Of a stretch of DNA of 64,000 nt, positions 1 through 11,209 are shown piece after piece. The position numbers and the translations under genes are program-made. The stretch spans positions 4,526,001 to 4,590,000 of the forward strand of contig CM074806.1 of NCBI GenBank assembly GCA_037447605.1, given 5' to 3'. The stretch's first letter is position 1. Every line of letters starts with the position of its first letter. The stretch comes from Zygnema circumcarinatum SAG 698-1b (taxonomy: Eukaryota; Plantae; Zygnematophyceae). The notes beneath the pieces are model-generated. The model ran no database searches and had not been told where the DNA came from. It worked only from the letters and a program-made list of their open reading frames with translations.

Positions 1-99
1 CCTCCGCTCTCCCTCCCTCTCCCTCTCTCTCCCTCCCAGACTCTTCAACAGAGCCAACTGCATCAGGAGGCTAAGCTCCGACTCTGAACTCTCTGCCAT
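1..99 (-). CDS. Possible 5' end of a gene running off the left edge (MAESSESELSLLMQLALLKSLGGRERER...)
   Basis: ATG at 99-97 in a good context (gccATGG), open to the window edge, with promoter/5'UTR-like sequence at ~100-900. No recognisable domain. Confidence 0.25.
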   Translation of the reverse strand, partial: MAESSESELSLLMQLALLKSLGGREREREGERR

Positions 100-2453
100 G
101 GCTCTCTCCCTCTCCTTCTCTCCCTCTCCCTCTCCCTCCCTCTCTCCCTCCCGCACTCACTCTCTCTCTCTCCCTCTCTCTCTCTCTCCCTCTATCTCTT
201 TCTTTCTGTTCGTCTCCCTTCTTCCTCACACCCTCTGTCTCCCTCCGTTCCGACTCCGCCTGCACTCCTTCTAGAGAACGTCCTCGGTCAGCCCTGAAAA
301 AGAGCCTCCGGGCAGCGGGCAGCCCCAACTTGAAACCTTTTCCCCTTTCCCGTCCTTCCTGCCCGCCTGCCCGTCCGCGCCCCCCCGTCCCCAATTCCAA
401 GCGGCCGCCGGCGACTGCCAGAGCCGCGCCCGCCGCCCGCCCTTGTACCCGCCCGCGCCTTGTCGTTTTGAGAGGGGCGCGGGCGGCGGCCGCGCGACAC
501 GTGGGCCCAGGGGGGACCGACAAAGTGCAAGGGCGGTAGGGAGTAACGGTGGAACACGTGGCAAGTTCTGGCAGGTGGAAATCGTACAGGATGACGTGGA
601 AATTTTGGCGGGTAGTGAAGGGACAGGGCGGTAGGAGTAGGAGAGGGCGCCACGCGGCGACGAGCGGGGGAAGCAGACAGAGGGACTGGGCGGTAGGCGA
701 CGGCTTCAATGAAAAGTTGGATTTTTCGAGGTGGACAGAAGTGAAGGGTCGGATTTGAGGTGATGATCATGATTAGGGATCTGGATGGATTCGCTGACGT
801 GACCAGAAGCGACAAGAATAGGGTGCGTTGGCGGCATGAACGTGAATTTTGGGACACGTGATCTCCCCAAGATACGGGAGGGCAAATCATTGGGGGGACC
901 GGCCGCGTGCGGGCTGGAAATTTTCTAAAACGACAATGGTCACAGTACGAGCACATTATAAACAGGTAAGGGCACATTTAAAATGTGCGGGCGAGCCAAT
1001 CACACTGCCCGAGGAAGATTGCGTGATAATTTGTAATGTGCGAGGGGAAGTATATATCCAGATATCGGCGGCGTATCGCCTTGCACAGGAAGTAAAGCTG
1101 CCGGCTGGCTGTCGGCCGGTCATAGAAATGAGCCATGTTTAGTGTCCGCCGTGAAGGGCGCAGGGCCAGGGAACGGCAACTTCTGTCAACGACAGCCAAT
1201 ATGCCGGCGATGTCGCGATATTTCATCCACTTTTGGAAACGACAAGGAATACCGCCCCATTGCCAACGCGCCAGGGACCTCGACTGCCCCGAAACTTTTG
1301 TCCATAAGTCGGTGGTTCCTGATTGGTCCCTTGACGGTTCGATGTGCCCGTAGCATGGCCTTATGGACAAATGTACGGATGTGGATCAGGTACAGCCAAG
1401 GGAACGGGGAGGTGATGTACGGACAAGTTCATTGCAGTCACGTGAATTTGGCGCAATTGCGAGCCGTACGGTACGGTCCCGACACGAACGCGACTGTACG
1501 GCCTCATTGAATGAGGGGTTCCGGATCTTGCTGAATCCGTATTTTTCGCGCGCGGAGAGGGGGTCGACCCGGGCAGAAAAAATTCAATGGTCGTATGGAC
1601 AAGAAATTGTCGCCTCCCATTGGCTACCGAACCGTCCCGAGGACCTAAAAAACGTACAAATCGCCCGTGCCCGACCAATTGGTTTTTTCGAAAATTCTTC
1701 CGTTGCTGACGCGCGTGGTCCTGTCCAGATTCCGCCGGGCGCGTGCTGCCGCCAATGAAGTCCTGTAACGACAGCTCCACGCCGCATAATCCGACAAAGT
1801 ACTCGATCCCAAAAAACAACAAGCAGTCGTACGGACGCATCCTCCGCGCCAGAACCCCTAACAGCCAGATCCCACCGACATCCTTCCGCCCAACCACGTG
1901 CGACAATTTGATTCTGTTCTGTACCTCACCGCCTTTGGCACTTTTTGTCGCACGTGTTTCGTACAGGCCTCCCCGCCCTTCGAGGACCGGCGGCGCAAGC
2001 GGCCAGGAAGCGCCGGAGCGCTGCTGACTCGGAAAGGGCGGGCGGCGGCAGCCGGCGCTTCCTGGCCGCTAGCGCCGCCGCGGGATCGCCAAATATCGAA
2101 ACGAGAGGCGGGCGAGGTCCCGTACGGACAGGAACGGACGGGAGGGGGCGGTCGCCATAATGATGGCTGTCCGATCTGCACTGTACGGTAAGGGATGCCA
2201 TGTGATGTGTGTGACATGGCCACATGGGGACATGGGGAAATGGGGACATGGCATGTGATGTTGGGGACGATTGACTAAACGACAAATGTGTACGGTCGAT
2301 GATGTGTGGTACTACAGTACTGCTTATCCGGATCCGTGGAAATGTGTTCACACGTAGAGAGAGGATTTGGGTTTCGTCGTTGTGCGGGTGTTCACTAGGG
2401 ATGTCCATTTGCCGCACAAACTTTAGACTTTTAGGCAAATAGGGAATGGATAA

Positions 2454-2685
2454 GGCATTGATCTCACGATGGCGATGACGCCATCAAATGTGCATGGCCA
2501 ACAACAGCATGGGGAATCACGAGGAACTAACCGGTCGCAAAGGACAATTGGACAAAGTGGAAGATGGGGCATTGATCTCACGATGGCGATGATGCCATCA
2601 AATGTGCATGGCCAACATCAGCATGGGGAACCACGGGGAACTAACCGGTCGCAAAGGACCTAAGGATAAAAGGAAAAAGCTAGAG
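2454..2685 (+). repeat. Two tandem copies of a ~100-bp dispersed repeat (GGCATTGATCTCACGATGGCGATG...CATGGGGAACCACGAGGAACTAACCGGTCGCAA)
   Basis: Copies at ~2454-2555 and ~2568-2685 align by eye with each other and with copies at 17751-17840 and 22528-23032. Confidence 0.9.
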
Positions 2686-3308
2686 AGGAAGAGTTTTCAG
2701 ATTTCAGAAAAACATTCTAAGAGGGCGTACGGTTATGCCGTACGGTCCGCAACTTTCCGAGTAAACGTCCGTCAAGCCTGCGCCCCCGAGCCTACCCGTG
2801 ATCGTGACGTGACGTGACGTGACCGTACGCCGCGTTTTCAGGGTTCGAAATCCGCCCGCGCGCACTCGAATTTGGGACCGCCCTCCCTCCATTCGTGGTC
2901 CGGTTCAATTTTACTTTCAACATACGCCAATTACGAGTCGCCACGTTTGCGAAACAGATCCAGAGTGCCACGTGTCTGGTTCCCATTGGGTTATTTCTAA
3001 AAATAAAAATTATAGTGAAAGCCCGTCCTCCTTAGAAATCCGTCAGACATTGAACTGCGGTCTATGTTTCTGAGTACAGTAAAAAAGTTTGTACGGAGGT
3101 ACTTGCGGGGTTTTAGGTGACGGAGTAGCGGTCAGTTATTGGACCGGTGGAACTGACCGTTGAACTGCTGCGCAGTTTACGTGTGAGCAGCTGCACACGT
3201 CACTGGGACGCGTGCTGACGTGAAGGTCGGAGTGGAGTGCCAGGTGGCGCGAGCTCGTGAAGCCAAGTGTGTTTGCGCTGCCACGTGGCAGCTGGACAGC
3301 GGCATCAA

Positions 3309-5881
3309 ATGTACGGCGGTGGTAAGCGGCCGTCCTCCCTGGTACCGTCAGGGTTTAGGGTTTAACGTCCTCAACCTTTCGGCAAGGCATTTCGGTGGAA
3401 GGCCTTAGGGTTCAGCAGCTAGAAGTAGGAATAGGGACAGGGTTAGGGTTAGGGTTAAGCATTGAGCTCAGGCCCTAGTTAGGGATCCAGCAAACTGCGA
3501 GATGATGGGCAGAAAAAGTCTGAATTTAGGGCATAGTGTGTGAAGCGTCGGGGTCGGCATTGGGTGCCGAGGTTTAGGGTTTACGGTTTAGGGTTCAGCC
3601 CTTGGCTGGGTCAGCACGCTGATGCGCACTCACCCATGCAAACTGGCATGGCCCATGCATGCATGCCCCCTTCTCGGCATGCCTCTTTCCACTGACGACT
3701 CATCCCAATGTCATCCCATCCCATGCATGCCACGCCGCGGCATTCTGTGGTGTGCCATGCCATGCCATACTATACCCTAACATGCTATGTATGTAGGCCA
3801 TTCTATGCCATTCCATGCATACATGGGGGGGGGGGGGGGGCATGGGAGCCTTGCACAAGCCTACATTTATCCTTTAATCAACTCCACATGACATGGTGCA
3901 AAGTGCATGGCATGACATTGCATGGCATGGCATGCAAGGCCCAGTGCCATGCCATGCCATGCCATGCCATGCCATGCATGCATGCATGCCAGAGTCTGAG
4001 CGAGCACGGGTCCCATGCAGACGAGGTCTCCGCCCTCGTGCTCGACCTCGGCTCGCACTGCTGCCGGCGGGCGGCATGCGGGGAGTGACGTGCCTGCTGC
4101 GGTCTTTCCCCTTCAGTCAGCGCCTCCCTCCCTCCTCCCTCCCTCCCCCTCTCCCTCCCTCCCTCCCTCCCTCCCTCTCCCTCCCTCCCTCCCTCTCCCT
4201 CCCTCCCTCCCTCCCTCTCCCTCCCTCCCTCCCTCCTCCCTCCCTCCCTCCCACTTACGTTGCTATACACATACAATGTCGGCTTTTAGGGTGTCATCTC
4301 GTCTTGTCTCTTGGCTTGTCATTCGGTTCTCCATTTCTCTCTCTTCCCTTCCTTCCTTTCTCTCTCTCTCTCTCTCTCTCTCCCCCTCTCTCCCTCCCTC
4401 CTCACTCGCCCATGAAGCCCAATGTTGGTCGGCGCATGAGCGAAGGTTGTGGGAGCCATCGCCGGCACGGCGGAGGACGATACGGAGAACGGAGAGGGCG
4501 GACGGAAACGGAAGCTCTATGTGGGAGTCAACGCACTCGGCTACCGGCGGGACCACATGGAGGTACCGGGGGTGGGTGGTTAAGGGTCAGGGCTAGGTTC
4601 AGGGGGACGAGGGTAGGGTTTAGGGTTTACGGTTTAAGCGAAAGCATTGAGAGTTTAGTGTTTCTGGAAGGACGGAACGCTGTATATATAATTGTCGACA
4701 CATGGACGTGTTAAAATCTTATCTAACCCTACCTTTCTCCTCCTTCCTCCCTCCCCCGTCTCTCTCTCTCTCTCTCCCCCTTCCTCTCTCTATCCCTCTA
4801 CCTCCTCCGCTATATCCCCCTCTCCCTCTCTCTCTCCGTCTCTCACTCTCCCTTCCATTCTCGCCCTCGCCCTCTCCCCTCTCTCTCTCTCTCCTTCTCT
4901 CCCTCCTAGCGGTGTGCAGGTGGTGCCCTCAGTGCAGGACGGGCTTCTTAGCAACTGGGAGGCGGTGGAAGCCATTTGGGACCACGCCCTCAGGTTCAGA
5001 ATTTCACTTCAGGCCCGTTACTATGCAGCCAAAAAAAAAAAAAAACTAAAAAAATAGTAAAGAATCTTTGCAAATTCTTTAGGAAAATGATTTTCATTTT
5101 TTGTGTGTTTTTGGGCTGCCCAGAGACCGATTATTGGTGGACCCACGGGAACATCCCATGCTTCTTGCAGAGCCCTCCTTGCCACTGCACCTTCTTCGGT
5201 GTNNNNNNNNNNNNNNNNNNNNNNNNNNNNNNNNNNNNNNNNNNNNNNNNNNNNNNNNNNNNNNNNNNNNNNNNNNNNNNNNNNNNNNNNNNNNNNNNNN
5301 NNTNNNNNNNNNNNNNNNNNNNNNNNNNNNAATTTTTTATATGATTTTCCCAATGCAGGTTTTGACATCTTTTGCTTCTGGGCGGGCGGCCTCTCTCGTC
5401 GTCGATAGGTGAGCTCATAGCATTCGAGGGGGAAGGGATTGTGAATACGAGAAAAAATGATTATGGGGGAAAGGAAGTAAAGAAAGAGAGAAAAAAATAA
5501 AACAAGGAAGCGGAAGCACTTTCATTTCACATCTCCTCGAAGAAAAAAATTAAAATCGTTTTGGGGTGTGGTTACATTTCGAAAATTCAGCGGAGGAGGT
5601 TCAACTACAGTGGCTGCTGTAAGCGATGGCTATGTCCTGCAAAAGGTGATTATTTTTTTACCTTTTGCTATATTTTCTAAAGTTGTATTCTTGCTGTGTT
5701 TTGTTATTATCAATCTTTAAATATAAATATTGCTAAAAATAGTAATAAAGATTATGTATTTTTATGAAAAATAAATTTGCACATTGGGCTGAATTTGCAG
5801 TCCATTGTGCGCTCACCGATCGGCGGAGACTTTCTCACTGAGTGCATGTTCCACTGCCTCCAAAACCGAGGAATCAAGGTG

Positions 5882-5912
<31 letters not shown>

Positions 5913-6642
5913 TCCCCCTTTCTCTCCCTCTCTCTCACTCGCTCTCTCCCTCCTCTCTCTTTCTAGCTCGCCCTCTCTCTCACATACACACTTTCTCCCT
6001 CTCACACAGACACGCGCGCGCTTATTAAACACACATGACTTCTATTGTTTCCTCTCTTTTCTGCTCTCAACCCCTCCCCCCGCCTCTCCCTCTCTCTCTA
6101 AGTGCTAGTGTGTGTGTATGCGAGAGAGTGAGAGACACAGAGAGAGGAGAGAGAGGGGTCTCTTGTTCCACACTCATTTCTGCTCTCAACCCCTTAGCGT
6201 CCCTCTTTAACTACCATCCCGTGTCTCTCTCTCCCCCCCCTCCCCGCTCTCACTCTCCCTATCTCTCTCTCTCTCTCTCTCCCTGGCTCTCTCTCCCCCC
6301 TCCCTCCCCTCTCTCTCTCTCCCTGCCTCTCTCACTCTCTCGCTGCTCTCCCTCGTGTGAACGAGCGGAGTTAAGACCTCCTTTGGGGGTCGGAGCAGGT
6401 CCGCCCTCGCTTCTCCTTCAAACGAAAAGAAATCGCCGCAGGAGAGTTTGAGGTCCGACTCGCCCCTTTCTCCTCTCTATATATACACATATATAGACAC
6501 GCTTATGTATACATATATATACAGAGAGAGAGAGAGAGAGTGAGAAGGAGAGAGAGAGAGAGGGAGAGAGAGAGAGGAGAGAGAGAGAAAGAAAGAGAGA
6601 GAGCGAGAGAGAGAGAGAGTGAGAAGGAGAGAGAGAGAGAGG

Positions 6643-6691
<49 letters not shown>

Positions 6692-7132
6692 AAGACCAGG
6701 AACACCTGATAATCCCAAAGACTTTGGGGAGGAGAGGATTCGGCCAATTGGGGTATAACGAGGGAGAGGGAGTTGGGGTACATTTCAGGTTACGGATTTG
6801 GACGTGTCGAACACGACAGAGAGTTATCGGAAATATATGCAGGTAGAGACATTTTCCAAAAAGAAAACGGCGGAAAATTCAAGTAAACATTGCTTGACTA
6901 ACATGTACGTTTTTTTCTTACTAATCTGCGACTTCATGACGAAAAATATTTCATGCTTCAATTCTCCTCTTTCTCCCCATACTCTCTCTATTCTTTTCTC
7001 ACTCTCTCTCTCTCACCAGCGTTTGCGTGTGCTGACGTGGACCAATGGCGTGCTGCCAGCTGGCAGTGGTGGCAGATATGAAGGAGACGGTTTGTCGCGT
7101 CCCGGAATCGGCGTTTGATGGTNNNNNNNNNN

Positions 7133-7195
<63 letters not shown>

Positions 7196-7656
7196 CTCTC
7201 TCTCCCTCCTCTCTCTCCCCGTCTCTCTGTCTCTTTCTGAATTCCTTTCTCACTGCCCGTCCCTCCTCCCTTCTCCCCCATTTTTTTTTTTTGAAGAATT
7301 TTGTTGATGGTCTGTGCAGAGAGCTCATATGCAAACATACCCACAACTCCTTATGAACTTCCAGACGGGCAGTAAGAAAATATTCCTCTCTTTTCCTTTT
7401 CCCCTTCTTTCGGGGTGATGTTCAGAGTATAGAACTCTTAAAAGGTCTAACTTTAAGTACGAAGGTTTAAATGTCATCAAACTTGAAAACCATAAACTAA
7501 CCCTACAACCCTACACCCTAAAATCCTAAACCCTAAAACTCTGAACTTCAAACTGCAATTTTTTCCGGGGTGGGGACAGAGTGATTGAAGTCGGCAGTGA
7601 TCGCTTCAAGGTGGCAGACATCATGTTCAATCCCTCCATAATTAAGGTCTCTCTCG

Positions 7657-7713
<57 letters not shown>

Positions 7714-9778
7714 CCTCTCTTTCTATATCTCTCTCTTACTCTCTCCCTCCCTCTCTCCCCCCTCACCGTCTCCCTCCCTCGGGCCCTCTCCCTCGCCCCT
7801 CTGTCTGCCTCCCTCCCTCTCTGAATGTGAAGTCAGCTGCAATCCATTTGCTGTGGTCCATAAAGTTGACGCTTATCAATCCGAGCAAAATGACAAGGGA
7901 CATTTAAATAGTTTTTAGTTTTGGGCGCTGAAATATATTTTGTTTTGTCCGACAGACAATTCCCGCAATGGAGCGAGTGCTTCCGGATGGCGGGGCCAAC
8001 CTTGCAGGCCTCTCCCACATGGTGAATGGCCCTCTCCCTCTCCCTCTCCCTCTCCCTCTCCCTCTTCCTCTCCCTCTCCCTCTACCGCTCGCGTTCCCTC
8101 TCCCTCTCCCGCTCCCGCTTTTGCCCTCTCCCTTTCTCTCTCCCTCCGTGTCCCTCTCCCTCTGCCTCTGCCCCTTCTGCCTCTCCCCCTCCTTACATCC
8201 CTCCCCTTCCCCCTCCCCCTCCTCCTCCTCCTCCTGCTGCTGCAGGTGGTGGAGAGCATCAACAAATGTGATGCGGACATGCGGAGAGAGCTTTTTGGAG
8301 GCGTACTGGTGGGGCCCTTTTTTTCTTTCAGTGTCTTTATTTACGATTACATAGCTCCCTTCGTTTACTTCTTTTGTGTGTACTTTCATTATATTGGTCT
8401 ATTTTCTCCCTCCTGTAAATTTTTTTACATGAACGATGAAATTTGAAATAGTGCCACTTCGCGCCTTCTCTAATTCTGAAAAAAATGGGGTTGGGGCAGT
8501 TGGCAGGCGGAAACGCAGTCATGCAGCAAATGAAGGAGCGCCTCGAGAAGGAGCTTCTGGAGGTCTTTTTTCCTTTCTGCTGAACCCTAACCCTAACCCT
8601 AAACCTTATTCTAAACCTAACCCTAAACCTTATTCTAAACCTAACCCTAAACCTAACCTAAACCTTACCCTAAACATAACCCTAACCCTAAATCTCACCC
8701 TGAGCCTAACCCTAGACCTAACCCTAGACCTCACCCTAACCTTTATCCCAAACCCCCCCTAATCTAACTCTAACCCTGACCCTGAACCTGACCCTAACCC
8801 TAACCCTAACCCCTAACCTAACCCTAACCCTAACTCTAACCCTACACATAACCCTAACCCTAACCCTGACCCTTAACTTAGCCTCAACCCTAAACCTAAC
8901 CCTAACCCTAACTCTAAACCTAACCAGCCCTGAAACTTTCCCAAACTCAAAACCCTAAAAATGGAACGAAACTTTAGGAAAACCCTAAAATCCCTAAAAA
9001 GCCAGAAACCGTAATTTTTTTTTTTAGGCTTCAATTTATATTTTGGGTTTTTTTCCTGCGTGGCGGCAGGAAGCGCCCCAAGCAGCGCGAGTCAAAGTGT
9101 TGGCGAGTGGGAACAGTATAGAGCGCAAATTCAGGTTCGAACTGTCCGAATTTTTTCTTGTTAGTTTTCGTCTTTCGATTTCTTTTGGAGTGAGTGAAAC
9201 TTTCCTATTTTTACTGAAGGAAATGGGATCTAATGGAAATGGGTGTTTTTCTTTCCCCTTTTTTGGGAGGCCGGGGGGGGGCGTCTATTTTTCGATACAT
9301 GTAATAATGAGCAGCGTGTGGATTGGGGGAAGCATTTTGGCCTCGTTGGGGTCCTTCCAACAAATGTGGCTCTCCAAGCTCGAGTGCGTCGCTTTCCTCC
9401 AATCCCAAATTCCTCTCCGCTTTCTTTTCTTTATTTGAAATGGGTTTTTAGTAGCGCAGAGACTATGTATTTGGAGAGTCGGAAGATGTGTAGGGTTCAA
9501 GGTAAGGGAGGGAACGAAACGGAGGGAGGGGTAGAGGGACATAATGGGAGGGAGGGAGAGAAGGGAGGGAGGGAGGGAGGGGAGGGAGTGAGATAGGGGA
9601 GGGAGGAGGTGGGGAGGGAGAGGGAGAGAGGGAGAGTGGGAGAGAGGGAGAGAGGCGAGGGAAAGGAGGGAAGGAAGGAGTGGGATATAGCTTTTCATGC
9701 TGAGAACGATTCTTGCTTGTCATTTTTTGCAGATACGAGGAACATGGAGCCGCTTATGTACACAGAAAGTGTCCGTGA
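3309..9778 (+). CDS. ARP4: Actin-related protein 4 (nuclear ARP; NuA4/SWR1/INO80 subunit), ~19 exons
   Basis: Exon 1 ATGTACGGCGGTG|gtaagc (3309-3321). Spliced peptides: [161 protein letters not shown] (TGA 9776-9778). Exon 2 has indels and an N gap (5203-5330) hides part of the CDS. Confidence 0.93.
3640..3992. repeat. (CATGC/GCATG)-type pentamer repeat region in ARP4 intron 1
   Basis: Dense degenerate GCATG and CATGC units, e.g. gccatgccatgccatgccatgccatgcatgcatgcatgcc. Confidence 0.85.
8583..8925. repeat. Degenerate interstitial telomere-like (CCCTAA)n tract in an ARP4 intron
   Basis: ~340 bp of CCCTAA, CCTAA, CCCTGA and CCCTAAA units. Confidence 0.85.
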
Positions 9779-11209
9779 TTGCGATTGAGACCGTTCCGAT
9801 ACATTTTAGGTTTTAGAATGGAAACTGGAGCGTAGCGTAGAGCTCGTTAAAAAAAATACAAGAAGTCGAATCCAACAAGGAGATGTAAGATTTTTCAAGC
9901 CTATCAAAATTTGCTATTTTGGAGGATCTGGATTGTTACTCTTATGTACAGAGCTGTCAAGTTTCTACCCGCAAACCTGGTTGCAGGTTTTTGGGCGAGG
10001 TTTGTACTCGTGGTTTCTGGGGAAAAAGCCGAAAACCGTCCTATGGTTCGAGTTGGAGGCAATTGGAATGGGAAGGCAGGTACCTCGAATGAGGTCGCGC
10101 CACATGGCTGTGGACTGATCCGTTGAGCATTTGGAATTGTCTCCCCAAAAAACAAAGGCCTTTTTCTCCTTGTGGCAACCAATAGTAGCGTGCCATGTGC
10201 CGAACTTCAGCCAAGACATTACTTAACCTCGGTTGCATTCATGTCTCCAAGAAGAACCAACAGACCCAACACAACAGACAGCAGTACCGATAGTTCAATC
10301 GCTTATCCGATGTTGACATCATGACTGATCAACAAAGCGTCATTTGGTTCAAGCCTTTACTGCAACGCGCACGGCTGGCCTTAGGTCGAATTTTAGTACA
10401 GGATGCAAAAGGGAAGTGCTTTCATGCAATGTCGTAGTCAGGTGAAGGGTTTGCAATGCGATTAGAAAACATGTTGCAGAGAGAGAGGGGGAGAGAGAGA
10501 GAGAGAGCGACATCGAGAGATTGGGAGGGAGAGAGAGTGACACAACACAACCAACCCTCAACCAATCCTGTGTGCCCACGACATCGTAAAGTGACTCCTT
10601 TGCGCAGTCTTTACTTACACTGAGCCAACGCATATGGGAGGCCAGCAATGCTAGAGAAGTCAGACAGACAGACAGCGGCCTTGAAGTGGACGGCCTTGCA
10701 AACCCTCAGCCCTAAACTCTCCCGTCCCATAATGCAATGCATATATAGACCCTACAATTTGAAACACCCCCAACTACAATCCCTTTGCATACAAGTCGCA
10801 AGTCAAATTATACAAAAAACAGCGTTCCCATATCCTAAATCCTTCAGTTTCTCGAATCAACGACACTTGGAAATGCTCCAACCTTGAAAAATCGACCCCT
10901 GTGCAAATGTACAGTTGTCACGCTGATATTGGTCGAACCCTTCATCCACCCTTCCCAGTGCTATGATCACTTATCTCTCTGCATTCACCTCGCCTCCCTC
11001 TCCTCTCTCCCAAAATCCCGTTCATTTTTTGCCTATATCCGCAGTCCCCCTCTCCAGCTCCCGCCACCGCTCTCCCTCTCGCTCCACATCTCACTCGGCC
11101 CCCCCTTTTCCCCTCCCCGTTTCTTTCTCCCCTTTTTTTTAAACACCGTCGATTATAACGATTAATTAACAATTAGAAAGTATCAAATAAGTTATTTGCT
11201 ATATTTGCA

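Noticed and set aside
2469-2663. Repeated peptide MAMxPSNVHGQxQHGExRGTNRSQRT as a small-peptide family
   Set aside because: Other copies carry frame-breaking indels, so it is better explained as a non-coding repeat.
5203-5330. N runs here and at ~7123, ~11394, ~40652, ~45018, ~47666
   Set aside because: Assembly gaps, not biological features.
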